Virus record (IMG/VR): IMGVR_UViG_3300020474_000001
Span: 124,001 to 188,000 of that record
Strand: one strand, 5' to 3'
DNA: 64,000 nt
The position numbers and the translations under genes are program-made. Under the pieces are notes generated by a model. It searched no databases. It had not been told where the DNA came from and worked only from the letters and a program-made list of their open reading frames with translations. Below are positions 52,501-60,270 of this stretch, piece by piece; positions within the stretch are counted from its first letter, which is position 1; every line of letters starts with the position of its first letter.

Positions 52501-55290
52501 ATTATTTTCTCTTATTGCTCTTCTCTTATTTTGGTAATTTTGACCCGAATTAAGAATATTGAAAGATTCGACTGTAAATTTCTTCTCTATAGATTCGATA
52601 ATGTGATCACCAACACCCAATGCAGTTAAATTTACTGGATTTGAACCTGAAATAGAGTCATCTCTTGTATTGTATAGAGAAATTGTATATTCATCTTTGG
52701 ATTCCACAAAATAATTTGAACCATTAGATAATCCACCGACAGACTGCTGGTCATTTGTTATATAAACAACTTGTTCTCCTGTTTTAAATTTGTGATATCC
52801 GGAGAATATAATTTTATTGTCTGTAGTTGAAATTCCCACAGAATTGAATTTTTCAAAATGTCTAGATCTCACCATATTTGGAGATACTAATGCCCCAGAA
52901 CCATTTCCACCAGTAATTGTTACGATTGGTGATTCTTGGTAATCAAATCCAGGATTTATAATTCTAAGCTCACTTAAAGATCCTGATACATCTAAAAGTG
53001 CTTCAGCACCAGTTCCAAATTTATCAGAAATTGTCAAATCTGGCGGATTTATAACATCAAAGTCAAATCCAGGAGAAAGTACGTCAATTTTCTCAATTTC
53101 TCCAAATTTTATACAATCAAAAGATTTGTAATTTAAAATTTCTACACCATTTATCATTATTCCAGTAAAACCTGGACTTGTTTCCACTTTTTTTGAAATT
53201 TTTTCTGGATTTTTTAATTTTCTAAGTAAATTTTGGTTATCTAAAGACTTTTCTCTTAATTCATATGGTTCAAGTGTATTATTATTAACAATTTTATCAG
53301 AATCTAAAGAAATAAATATAGAATTTTCAATATTTGAGAGACTGAGTGCAAATTTTACTTCAGTTGAAGAAATTCTTTTGATAAAATATTGCCCAGGATC
53401 AAATAAAGATGATAATGTTCTCTCAACAACAGTAAATCCATCTAAAGATGCATCAGAATCTTCAATTCTTTGCACTTCTACCTCTGGTTTATAGAAAACT
53501 GAGTCTCCAGTGTAAAATCCATGATCATTTATGTCTGAAATTGCGAAAATTTCTTCTCCTTCTTGAAAATTTCCAGAAAAATACAATTTTCTCTCGGCAT
53601 TTTCTCTTAAATTTGAAGGAATTGATGATGATGCTATCAAATATTCCTCTTCTTCATTATGTTTGTATAAATTTTGAACATTTGTGATATAATTATCATC
53701 ATATTTAAGAATATTTCTCTTAATTTTTACATAATTTGCATCTAGTGAGGAATTGCAGCGTACTGAAATCACTTTTTCTGATATAATATCAGTTATTTTG
53801 CCCGAAACAATTTCTTGAGATGTGGAAATTACCTCAAATTGGTCATTCACTATGAAATCGTGAGAATTTTTTAGAATTATTTGGTAACTATTATCAAACT
53901 CAGCAATTAAATCAATATTTTTAATATCAAACGATGGAGAAGTGTTGTAAATCCAGTTATCATTCTTAAAATCTTCTTCATAATATCCCAAGTGCTTGAA
54001 TTTGACTGAAAGATTTTTATGATAACCATAGGTATCATCAGGAAATTCTACTTTTTCTGGTATTGAGTGAATTCTTACCTTAATAGTATCGTCACCAGAC
54101 TTTGCATATGCAAATGTATTGATACTAACTGGAGTCGCATCTAAAATTTTTGATGAAACATTTCTACAACCAAAGAATTGATTGAGAGATTTCATCTTAT
54201 AAGACACCACACCGTTACTTAAATTGTCATAAGTTACATATATCTCACCCTTTTCTGGGAAACCTATAGTAGAATCTACAGTAATTGTTGTTGCGCCACT
54301 CTCTATATTGCCAATAACTCTTGTTTGTGGATGTACTTTAAAGTCTCCATAGATAGAACTCTTTAAACCACTATCTCTGTTAGAACCAAGACCAGAGTCT
54401 AACTTTGCTTTATAATATATTTCTCCAGTATTTGAGTCATCTATTTTTTCAACACCTGTAATTGGTGCAAATGCTTCTCCTATTATATCTTTGTATGGAT
54501 CTTGACATAGTGTAGATAGGCTTAGCTTATCGGGATTTCCAGAAATAACTTCCAAAATTATTTCATCGAATGTCTCATAGTTGGAATTTGATGGGGTAAG
54601 GAGAAAATCTTTAGGAGTTAGGATTTCAACTTTCTCTCCATATAATAGTTTGAATAGTAATTCAAATCCAACTTCAGTTCCTTTTGATGAATAAAAATCT
54701 CTACTATTTTGAATAAAGATATTTTCATCAACTGAGTAGTCAAATTTTTTATTTTCTAGTCCAGGTAAAAGCTGATGTTTTAATTTAAGTAATAGTTCTT
54801 TTAAAAATAATGAACTGAGATTATGAATAGTTGCACCGGATGCATGCTTACTGATATTTGTAGATTCAAATGTAAGATCTCCCATCTTATCTTGATCTCT
54901 GTATCCAGAAATACCACTAAATCCTCTCACACATCCAGTAAACGAGAAACGAGTTTTTCCCGTATATGTGATAATTTCATCATCTATCTTGAGAAGTCCA
55001 TAGGCATCTGGAAATCCATTTGTTCCAGTATAGGAAGTGGATGGATTGATTCTTATCGTTCTGTCACCAAACCCAATATCTCCCTGTAAAATTGCAGATT
55101 CTGTGCAATTGGTCAGTTCGTCTAACTTTACATACTTGTCTATGTTCTGAATTAAATCATATGGACCACCAGGATACTCTTGACCAGTGTAATACTGCTG
55201 CAAGAACTCTTCAAAAAGAGGATATTCTTCACGAACATATGTTGGAATCTGGCTCTTTAAAACCTGACTGATTTTAATTCTTTGAGACAT
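43540..55290 (-). CDS. g7: Baseplate wedge initiator gp7-like giant protein
   Basis: QIPTYVREEYPLFEEFL, FYSSKGT, IIGWAYDGNPIYGP, FPNGTYAYF, IQDSDYYQKFSY; between g6 and g8. Confidence 0.85.
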   Translation of the reverse strand: MSQRIKISQVLKSQIPTYVREEYPLFEEFLQQYYTGQEYPGGPYDLIQNIDKYVKLDELTNCTESAILQGDIGFGDRTIRINPSTSYTGTNGFPDAYGLLKIDDEIITYTGKTRFSFTGCVRGFSGISGYRDQDKMGDLTFESTNISKHASGATIHNLSSLFLKELLLKLKHQLLPGLENKKFDYSVDENIFIQNSRDFYSSKGTEVGFELLFKLLYGEKVEILTPKDFLLTPSNSNYETFDEIILEVISGNPDKLSLSTLCQDPYKDIIGEAFAPITGVEKIDDSNTGEIYYKAKLDSGLGSNRDSGLKSSIYGDFKVHPQTRVIGNIESGATTITVDSTIGFPEKGEIYVTYDNLSNGVVSYKMKSLNQFFGCRNVSSKILDATPVSINTFAYAKSGDDTIKVRIHSIPEKVEFPDDTYGYHKNLSVKFKHLGYYEEDFKNDNWIYNTSPSFDIKNIDLIAEFDNSYQIILKNSHDFIVNDQFEVISTSQEIVSGKITDIISEKVISVRCNSSLDANYVKIKRNILKYDDNYITNVQNLYKHNEEEEYLIASSSIPSNLRENAERKLYFSGNFQEGEEIFAISDINDHGFYTGDSVFYKPEVEVQRIEDSDASLDGFTVVERTLSSLFDPGQYFIKRISSTEVKFALSLSNIENSIFISLDSDKIVNNNTLEPYELREKSLDNQNLLRKLKNPEKISKKVETSPGFTGIMINGVEILNYKSFDCIKFGEIEKIDVLSPGFDFDVINPPDLTISDKFGTGAEALLDVSGSLSELRIINPGFDYQESPIVTITGGNGSGALVSPNMVRSRHFEKFNSVGISTTDNKIIFSGYHKFKTGEQVVYITNDQQSVGGLSNGSNYFVESKDEYTISLYNTRDDSISGSNPVNLTALGVGDHIIESIEKKFTVESFNILNSGQNYQNKRRAIRENNVNLQKKCITLQNHGYESGEIVEYVSSTGSTIGGLELSKEYYVKKLNDDEFKLSEVSESDDEQKNYIEGKYVNLSSKGSGISIFNYQKIRVDIISKVGISSIGGETFEVVVQPIFRGEISGVHVSSGGVGYGSSEIINYNRDPIVEFNFGVNAQAKTVVNNGEIVDVVILNQGSGYTSPPDLIIIGNGTGAVLTPIIENGFLRDINVISGGFGFTQETFVNIEPSGQDANLNPIVKSWSVNLFEKNISNVEFDDTVLSNGVDSSKGLQSSYIYAPRGLRETIHSIDSNGEKLYGKKDLRKSNNIEVSSINHSPIIGWAYDGNPIYGPYAYSKKDGRGSITQMKSGYKLNIKQGRPPTSIFPEGFFVEDYDYVNSSSEDILDPNNGRFCITPDFPNGTYAYFATLNPTTVESSGPFIKYKKPEFPYLIGNFYQSSPIKFNFERNSNQNHFNFNKSWARNTKPYNLSNSGKNYDYLDVPSDNSQRLVIESIKPGELDSIIVKNPGDYYKVNDRVLFNDVDSGGSNASGRVSHVKGKSVESIRFETVQSDNVEVSSLNQKDTYLITSNTPHDLGNNDIINISGISSNFNLEGTYIASVNPINLRISESIQDSGQTGIVTIFKVLGNNALSEVKENDIYQIDSEKVKVLNINKTQSYIRVLREFDGTSGDSHTIFSRLSEIPRRLKIKSKENYISQQNKEIYFNPVQSIGIGTISGIGIGTTISTDDGSLYIPTKSIYLKDHGLRTGDLVKYKINSGTGIIVSEENVGIGFTLSNNQNLYVARISEDLIGISTVKVGIGSEGSFVGITSDSEASRTLFFNDVGTGIYHSFETTYDNLIGNISKNEIYINTVENHELSAEDGIVLSVNPKESFTHIISYNDDTRRMILDKKSFDQGDVDTQMSSITISNHGLFTGDKIIYTSSNPSDGLLNNQIYYVVFVDSDTIKLSDTYNNSLSHKIVSILTSSSGEIGSVNPKLSIYKDSTLIFDMSDPSLSYLRQSVRYSAFELNFYLDRDYEMIWQESILNANRVGRPGIDSDAKVTLSISDETPKFLYYRLDPIIENIPPESKLELFVDDELLDSSSIIVKDSNYNGVYNIEVLSEKSFKFNTKKIVESESYDPDISDINYATTSLTASGPISKIFVSNKGKNYRKLPKISSIDSQLGENAVLEPLSNSIGKVNSVRISSVKKSYPSDETLRPTACLTQILKVDPLYTIDSISISSNGKPYLVAPKLIVKDSTRNEVIDDLDLNYDLENSSIEVLKNTTRLSNSEPIIIPTQNSNGVGISTISYNEATNDVTVSLNVQYSDTESFPVKVGDRFLIENVINKTSGRGFNSKDYNYTLFEAISTVENIGSSLYGSVTYNISDLIEIGDTIGQFDDTRSFGKLIPESYFPVFSTTLRKSDFLTKETYKLHENIRGKDHSGTIEYWDSETGVMHISSSDDYEVGSSVKGISSKAEGIVTESIRISPYLPLNSSLSVKTSSKTESGFLNNNLQKIQDSDYYQKFSYSVRSRVDYDTWNDDVSPLAHTTGFKKFSDYQLESFVENPNSMIVGLSTGTFEQINNLIGKCNLNSVFDFDLASENNIDGASTKIVFNSKILGDYFESVGNRVLEIDNISEEFNSNPRADEFSEIAPFVFSERRFGKYLTYVKDKRFTQQRQLMVVDLLHDGSDAYMNQYARVETAYDLGSFDYSVFGDRGLLLFYPNKTEINNYDITAVSFNLDETLQSTGTGEIGGALLTTSTESIEEEETTTIFEIDDTYTSFKILVEIDPDPSENQEFEVTEMNIVKIGSDIHILESTKISTDLQVTSSVGFGTYRAYTEDSKIKIDFTPNQNITINSGVANSLVIALKDFSSTDNGFSDLKFGRVESKTTSIAASASPQPEVIAEYQSSDGYDAAYFIVQISDTTNNTVEFSEIILVDTYQEEVPTYDTYQTQYGIISNGETVGTISSRIIFDTSYKTQLIFTPIQNIDVHANVFMTAINISDESKTNLDAIDGLVSSFSGSYEGTHADIKKSFDMTNGGSPIFENIFSGEDSSVVDVSNHSINLQNHFFVTGESLTYNSNASGESNSVFESIEIEPTDFVGIGVTNRLPSSVFAIKVTNNVIKLASTPENALKGTPEFIRFANVGIGSDHKLTSNNQNSKVLVTIDNVIQSPIFSTTLNKTSVRDILITDDKVLVNDVSGLFGGELIQINDEVMLVDSIGVGTTNAIRVRRSQLGTGIYSHTSGADIRKVGGNYNIVDNKINFAEAPYGRVPIGSPTNDPEDRDWTGISTSSNFNGRVFLRSGIPNTSEETYNKNYVFDDISHQFNTINNQFTLKHDSSNVSDIPNPILLINDIFQYPDSVNYSLDQNLGISTITFDDSGDNTISIPRGGSIISVGSSQGFGYQPLVTAGGSAGIASDGTIESISVGNTGSGYRSGIQTVNVSVYNDFNDIEVVGSANVLDGHVTDYVVTNPGSGYTSTTPPKIIVDAPLSYNNIPLVYSSTSSGSGIGTGAVADIIVGNDSKVIDFTLTNSGYGYEIGEVLTLPSGSSVGIPTTTGFQEFIITVDRTVTDKFSAWSLGELVLLDNIEKFIDGTRKIFPLTKSNISQSIISGEGSSVDVQNVLIVFVNNILQIPGEGYIFSGGSLITFTEPLELGDTVEILFYRGSGNIDVIKRNIIETVKRGDEIQIINDPSVGQNSHLKEDTRIAESVESTNIINTNAYFGPGNVSNEDLLRPVIWTKQTEDKIINDQEVGKDRELYEPSINPVSYLINPVGVGQTIIYADTLRPAFDNVSENDKDTSFQNEITLLSQTEVKTENCKVEQYSGDFGVVVGFAVTTDPHNRMIFDLQIPDDSIMRDESLVGTAVTVSQLSSGDYFTISSSLITPESSLVPLISYDTNFNIVGMTTSFIDSTFFVEDAEIISRNIDGVQTTLKRVSCRINRFDSTTAPTVYSGDLVSSGYLGSFSWGKIILKERTKQNTYDPSSLNGYVGISSSTVIRRSIPLQYINYLQ

Positions 55291-55298
55291 GTTTCTAA

Positions 55299-57230
55299 TT
55301 ATACTCTACTTGGACGAACTAAAGAATATGAACCGTAGCTTGATGATACGATATAGTTTGATGCTGATGGATCTAATCCAGATGATATATTATCAATGAT
55401 AGTTTCAAATATACTATTACTAGTATCTAGTTGCAAATAAAGATCTTGCAAACCAATTACGTCGTTTGAGCTTGGGCACAGTGACATTTCAATTATAGAT
55501 TGCCCATTCTTTAACATAGCTCCTGTTATATTGATCGGATTGAGAATAATAATTCCATTACCATAATTTATGGTACCAACATTCCTTTTTACAATTGTTG
55601 GTGTCAAAGAATTCTCTGATGGTAGTGTGAACAAAAATAGAGATCCTGTCTCTAAGTCAGCATTTGGTAAATCACTTAGGTATACATCTGAGTTTATACC
55701 ATCAACTTTAAATGCTGTTGTTTTAAGATTATACCCATCAGTAGATTTTATATGAAAACTATTTCCAAATCCAATAGCATACTCTGCAAAACTATTTAAA
55801 ACTGGTCTTAAATCTCTTCTAATAGAAATTGATGTAATATTAGATGTAATACCTTGATGACTATCGTCGATAATCTTTAGGAATTTACTATACTTAAATC
55901 TAGATCCATAACGATTCAATTCAGATGAATTTGCATACTTACTTGCATTATTTTGAACAATAGTAGATACATCTAAATCAGTTACTTGATTTGAGTTATA
56001 ATAAATTTTTGAATCAACTTCAATGTAGAGATATTTGAGGTCAAGTATCTCAGGAACAATTCCTGTGACAGCATATTTCTTTAACCTAAGCTTAATTTCT
56101 TGCTTTGCTAAGTTTGATAGGAAATCTCCAGTTTTTGGTTTAATGCTGATAAACACCTTTCCATATTGTGGAGGAACTAACTCTTCTCCACCAAATACAG
56201 ATATTGACTCAGTTTCTGGGTATATTTTACTTGGTATTAATACCTCATAATCTTGTGCAGTAACAGCTCTATTTTGTGTGCCGTATATTCTTGGCGCATA
56301 CTTTCGAATTGACTCTACAGATTCGATAGATGTTCCACCATATGATGGGGAAATAGTTGATATTGCAGATATGCCTTGTGTAGCATTATATTCTGCACCA
56401 TTTCGTATATAATACAAACTACCAGTAAATGCAAATCCACTTATACCATTTGCAGCTTCTCCATGAGATGTGATATACTCTGCGGTAATATAGTTACTAT
56501 CATCTAATTTATCACCAAAAATTCCATCACCAAAGAAGATTTCATATCTCTCATCTGATGACTCTTGAATATAAAAAACCTTTGAGTTATTTTGTAAGTT
56601 TAGAATATCAGTATATAGATTATATGTTGTTGAAGTAGTTGATTGCTCACTATTCTTTACAGATACATTGATTAAATCAGTATCGATACCGACATTTGGT
56701 AATAGAAATTTCTGCCTTGGATTTCTTGTAGAAAATGTAAAAGAAGAACTTAAGAAAGTTCCTTCATATATTTTTATGCTATCAAATAATGCAATACCGT
56801 TTACGACAGGAACAGTGATATCATTTAATATTGAATACACATAAGATTGATTTCCAATACCAGCACTGGATATTGCAACAGGTCCTTTTCTTAAGGTGAT
56901 CGTTGAAGGTGCAGGTACAATATTAGTTGCATCAACATTAAAACTTATATTTGCAGATGAAGCTTTTCTTGACTTTGGCAGATATCCAATATTCTTTGCC
57001 AATGATACTACATTCTCTCTTAATGTTGCACTATCAATAAAAACTTCATTTGTTACCATATTTGCATTATACGATGTGATATACGTATTGTATGCAAGTA
57101 AATTAATGATAGTCGATAAGTTTGAACCTTCAAAATCATAATCCGTAAAGTCCGAATTTGATTTTAAATAATCTTTTAATAATTCCTTAATTTGTTCAAA
57201 ATCTAAACTTGTAAAATTGATAAGTGACAT
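55299..57230 (-). CDS. g6: Baseplate wedge subunit gp6
   Basis: LDFEQIK, DYDFEGSNL, LRENVVSLAKNIGY, QNRAVTAQDY, PQYGKVFISIKP. Confidence 0.95.
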   Translation of the reverse strand: MSLINFTSLDFEQIKELLKDYLKSNSDFTDYDFEGSNLSTIINLLAYNTYITSYNANMVTNEVFIDSATLRENVVSLAKNIGYLPKSRKASSANISFNVDATNIVPAPSTITLRKGPVAISSAGIGNQSYVYSILNDITVPVVNGIALFDSIKIYEGTFLSSSFTFSTRNPRQKFLLPNVGIDTDLINVSVKNSEQSTTSTTYNLYTDILNLQNNSKVFYIQESSDERYEIFFGDGIFGDKLDDSNYITAEYITSHGEAANGISGFAFTGSLYYIRNGAEYNATQGISAISTISPSYGGTSIESVESIRKYAPRIYGTQNRAVTAQDYEVLIPSKIYPETESISVFGGEELVPPQYGKVFISIKPKTGDFLSNLAKQEIKLRLKKYAVTGIVPEILDLKYLYIEVDSKIYYNSNQVTDLDVSTIVQNNASKYANSSELNRYGSRFKYSKFLKIIDDSHQGITSNITSISIRRDLRPVLNSFAEYAIGFGNSFHIKSTDGYNLKTTAFKVDGINSDVYLSDLPNADLETGSLFLFTLPSENSLTPTIVKRNVGTINYGNGIIILNPINITGAMLKNGQSIIEMSLCPSSNDVIGLQDLYLQLDTSNSIFETIIDNISSGLDPSASNYIVSSSYGSYSLVRPSRV

Positions 57231-57235
57231 CTTCT

Positions 57236-57643
57236 TTATCTAGTTGGCTGTAAAACAAATTCTAACTGCTGGATTTGTGAATTAATATCAATCCCAATGA
57301 TTTCATATACAATTGATACATTAAATTCACCATTGTCATAATCTGAACCTACATCAACTTCGATTAATTTCACTCTTGGTTCATAATTTATAATGGAATT
57401 CTCAATTTTATCTTTGAGGATGTTTGCACTAAAGGTATCTATGTTCTCAAACAATGATGCGGTAACATCCGTACCAAAATCATAGTCAAAAAATTTCTCA
57501 CCAAATTGGGTATACACAATATTCCGAACACTTCGGGCAATTGCAGTCTCATTCTTTACTGGAAATATATCATCAGTTAATGGGTTCTTCTTAAATGATA
57601 AACTAATATCCTTAAACCCCTTACTGACCCTTTCTAGTGGCAT
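57236..57643 (-). CDS. g25: Baseplate wedge subunit gp25
   Basis: FKDISLSF, AIARSVRNIV, NYEPRV. Confidence 0.93.
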   Translation of the reverse strand: MPLERVSKGFKDISLSFKKNPLTDDIFPVKNETAIARSVRNIVYTQFGEKFFDYDFGTDVTASLFENIDTFSANILKDKIENSIINYEPRVKLIEVDVGSDYDNGEFNVSIVYEIIGIDINSQIQQLEFVLQPTR

Positions 57644-57649
57644 TTAAAT

Positions 57650-57787
57650 TTATAAATCTTCTTTTTTATTTATTCCCTTTTTTTCAGATTTTTTCTGCTT
57701 CAAGTACTTATCACTACTTACTTCCGTAATTAGTGTCATTCCTGATTCAATAAAATTTTTGCTTTTGTCAACTGGTGAATTGCCCAT
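57650..57787 (-). CDS. 45-aa hypothetical protein (not in ORF track)
   Basis: Manual translation MGNSPVDKSKNFIESGMTLITEVSSDKYLKQKKSEKKGINKKEDL with GGAG RBS. Confidence 0.65.
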   Translation of the reverse strand: MGNSPVDKSKNFIESGMTLITEVSSDKYLKQKKSEKKGINKKEDL

Positions 57788-57892
57788 AATAGTCTCCGAG
57801 ATACTACTGTAAGAACTTTTGTATGGGGTTTCTATCCCGCTGCTCAGATGTATTTATCAAAGAGCTACGTCGCGCCGTATAAACCCCTATAT

Positions 57893-57927
57893 AAAAAAAT
57901 GAGAGCGCCCCATTGAGACACTCTCAT
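57893..57927 (-). terminator. Intrinsic terminator
   Basis: ATGAGAGTG/CGCTCTCAT stem plus T-run on the minus strand. Confidence 0.7.
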
Positions 57928-57933
57928 AAACAC

Positions 57934-58074
57934 TTAACCTTTCCCTTGTCCTCGATAACGCTTTCGAGCTTTGTTACGTGAACTGGCAGCATACTTTGTA
58001 TGTTTCCCAGCACCTTGTCTTGTGTTCTTGGGAGTTGGTACAATTAAATCGCCAGTCTTACTTCGCATTGCCAT
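57934..58074 (-). CDS. 46-aa highly basic hypothetical protein (not in ORF track)
   Basis: Manual translation MAMRSKTGDLIVPTPKNTRQGAGKHTKYAASSRNKARKRYRGQGKG with GAGG RBS. Confidence 0.7.
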   Translation of the reverse strand: MAMRSKTGDLIVPTPKNTRQGAGKHTKYAASSRNKARKRYRGQGKG

Positions 58075-58085
58075 AATTCTTTACC

Positions 58086-58865
58086 TCAAATAATACGAGT
58101 CTTTTCATGTCCGACACGAATGCGTGGATCACAGAGAATACTAAAACCAGCTTTCTTTGCATCTAAACAAAAACTGACATCCTCGCCACACATGTCCTGC
58201 ACTTCACCACTCTCAAATACTTGCATCTTAGGTGCAAACCATGGATATGGTAATCCCTTATCCTCAAATACTCCCTTCCGAATTAACATCCACCCAAATC
58301 CTGCATAATCTACAGTGAATGGTTCGGTACGACCACTTAGACTTGTTAATGTCTCGTGATTCATTACCCCACCGTTATCCTTGAATCCATTCTCATCCAT
58401 CCAATGTGCAACACTCGATGACTTGCCATCTTCTGTACAATACCATCCAGTCGTAATTGCATTCTTCTTTCCTTCCTCAGGTTCTGCTAATGCACATAAC
58501 TGCCAGAATTTCTCCGTGTTGAATACAATATCACTATCAATCCATAATTGATAATCATACTCTAACTTACCGTCCCATGGCTCTTGGTCGGGTCCCCTCA
58601 ATACATTGGCACCCAAACATTTGCAACGGGCGAAATTTACCATTGAACTGTAATCTTGACTAATCTGTATAGCCATTCCATTCTGTACTAAGTCAAAACA
58701 TAATTGCACAAAATTTTTGAGAAATGTATACGATACTCCCCTGCCTGGAAGGCAAAATACAATCGTCTTCCCTCTCATACTCTCTTTGATACTCTCGTAA
58801 TCCCACTCAGGCTCTGATACACTCACAGCAGCGGCATCCTCCTTGATACTGAATCCTTTAGACAT
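58086..58865 (-). CDS. GT-A fold glycosyltransferase-like protein
   Basis: DxD motif WIDSDIVF, AGFGWMLI, CGEDVSFC, RVGHEK. Confidence 0.7.
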   Translation of the reverse strand: MSKGFSIKEDAAAVSVSEPEWDYESIKESMRGKTIVFCLPGRGVSYTFLKNFVQLCFDLVQNGMAIQISQDYSSMVNFARCKCLGANVLRGPDQEPWDGKLEYDYQLWIDSDIVFNTEKFWQLCALAEPEEGKKNAITTGWYCTEDGKSSSVAHWMDENGFKDNGGVMNHETLTSLSGRTEPFTVDYAGFGWMLIRKGVFEDKGLPYPWFAPKMQVFESGEVQDMCGEDVSFCLDAKKAGFSILCDPRIRVGHEKTRII

Positions 58866-58888
58866 AATCTTTCAATGACTACTCCGTA

Positions 58889-58917
58889 ATTATAACAAAT
58901 TTATATATACCTGTCAA
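58889..58917 (-). promoter_or_regulatory. Consensus sigma70 promoter
   Basis: TTGACA-17nt-TATAAT on the minus strand upstream of the GT-like gene. Confidence 0.85.
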
Positions 58918-59111
58918 TATTGTTACCCTTGACCACCCTTTTATATCCCACGGATTTTTTTCTGAAACCTTATACAAAAACCCTTTTTGGGTGGCAAAAA
59001 TTTTTGGCGTTTTTTTATATACATCGCGTTTTGTCACCTCTGTAGGTTAGGGATGTTTGCTTTTTTTAATACGCGCAAATATAAACAATTAACAATAAAT
59101 CGTAATTACTG

Positions 59112-59239
59112 TGTATTACTAATAGATAGTGATTTGCTATGTATTACTAATAGATAGTGATTTGTTATTTGATAATTAGCAGATTACTATTTGATAATTA
59201 AGCGATTGCTATGTAATAAGAATAGATAGCAATCGCTTA
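59112..59239. repeat. AT-rich direct repeats and a perfect inverted repeat
   Basis: 25-bp TGTATTACTAATAGATAGTGATTTG at 59112 and 59140; TATTTGATAATTA twice; 14-bp IR 59199-59212 / 59226-59239. Confidence 0.9.
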
Positions 59240-59267
59240 TATATTACTATATTGTGGATAGTCAATA

Positions 59268-59510
59268 TTAATAGTCTGCCCATTCTGCTAGCATTTCATT
59301 CAATCGCGCAACGTCCAAATCAGCATGCTTCCAATACACACCATCAGGAGTAACTGCACCGTAAAGTTCAACTAATTGGTGCGAGAGTGACTTATAACCG
59401 TGCTCCGCAAACATACGAGCAAGGTTATACATTCCCTCATCATTACCCAACCAGAGAGCAACATTCCAGGTTTCGTAGTTTGCCCAACCGTTGCAAGTTT
59501 GAGTGCTCAT
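59268..59510 (-). CDS. Putative early hypothetical protein (NGWANYETW motif)
   Basis: CNGWANYETWNVALWLGNDEGMY...TPDGV motif typical of small phage early proteins. Confidence 0.8.
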   Translation of the reverse strand: MSTQTCNGWANYETWNVALWLGNDEGMYNLARMFAEHGYKSLSHQLVELYGAVTPDGVYWKHADLDVARLNEMLAEWADY

Positions 59511-59547
59511 AATTCAGGGGGAAGATGTAAAGAATGGGGAGCGTTGC

Positions 59548-59739
59548 CTAGTCAAGGAGAACAGCAGCGTGATCGTTAGCGAAGCGGCGAGCGTTACAGG
59601 CAGCGATCTGCCATGCGGGACGCCCTGCTGAGGGTTCAGGGAACGCTGCGGAAATGGCAGCATCGACGCCCTGGTGGATGGAGCGTTCAACCCATACGTG
59701 GGAACGATCAGAGAGGGAGCAAGCGGGAGAGAAGGGCAT
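59548..59739 (-). CDS. Small GC-rich putative early hypothetical protein
   Basis: ORF track; same strand and spacing as neighbours; pyrimidine-rich leader. Confidence 0.45.
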   Translation of the reverse strand: MPFSPACSLSDRSHVWVERSIHQGVDAAISAAFPEPSAGRPAWQIAACNARRFANDHAAVLLD

Positions 59740-59797
59740 TGGAAGAACGGGGGGAGAGATACATGGGGGCGACGATGCCCCCGCTGTGTTGTGGTGC

Positions 59798-60016
59798 TTA
59801 GGGGAACATCAAGTCGGTAAAGCGCTCGGAGTGCCATGCCCGCAACTCGCCTAGGTCGATTCGCTCGCCCATCAGGCGTCCGTAGTCGATGGCGAACTGC
59901 TGTAGAAGGCAAAGTTCAGGATTAACAGGGTCCCAGACATAGCGAACTGCCTCTGGAAAGGAGATGGTGCCATTGGCATCAGCGGTGGGCATTGGTTTCG
60001 TTTGAACTAAACCCAT
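59798..60016 (-). CDS. Small putative early hypothetical protein
   Basis: Preceded by the palindrome/leader cassette at 60017-60070. Confidence 0.55.
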   Translation of the reverse strand: MGLVQTKPMPTADANGTISFPEAVRYVWDPVNPELCLLQQFAIDYGRLMGERIDLGELRAWHSERFTDLMFP

Positions 60017-60132
60017 AATCGCCGAGATCTCAGGAGAAATCTATAGGCACTGTGCCAGTTTGCCAACTGGTTTTGACTGGTTTTGAAATGTTAAGAGTTG
60101 TGAAATATTCGCGATTCTGCCTCTCGGTGCGC

Positions 60133-60218
60133 TACACTATGGGAGACAACCAAAGGAGGGGTGAGGTAGCCCTGATGACGCCAACGGTCGCCACTCCCCC
60201 TGCAATCAATTAAGTATA
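60133..60218 (+). other. Repeated element copy 1 between convergent -10 boxes; contains 12-codon ORF 60175-60213 (MTPTVATPPAIN)
   Basis: TACACT(+) ... GAGGTAGCCCTGATGACG...CGCCACTCCCCCTGC ... TATACT(-). Confidence 0.7.
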
Positions 60219-60270
60219 TCATTTTGTTACAAAATCCCTGTCAATGGGTTGTGTGCCACTATGGCGGGTG

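Noticed and set aside
57715-57730. ACGGAAGTAAG resembling the glutamine (glnA / Downstream-peptide) riboswitch core
   Set aside because: Lies inside a coding frame and lacks the CGTTCA and GAAGGAAC partner segments.
603-58308. Numerous plus-strand and alternative-frame ORFs inside core genes (e.g. 4102-4374, 18648-18947, 29593-29961, 43601-43951)
   Set aside because: Antisense or frame shadows of well-supported minus-strand genes, with no RBS or recognisable motifs.
59514-59912. 132-aa minus-strand ORF and plus-strand ORFs 59613-59801 and 59654-59854
   Set aside because: They overlap two better-placed ORFs; long open frames are expected in GC-rich DNA; Pro/Arg-rich shadow composition.
60214-60233. 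NtcA site
   Set aside because: GTA...TAC spacing is not N8; only a TTTTGT-T-ACAAAA palindrome is present.
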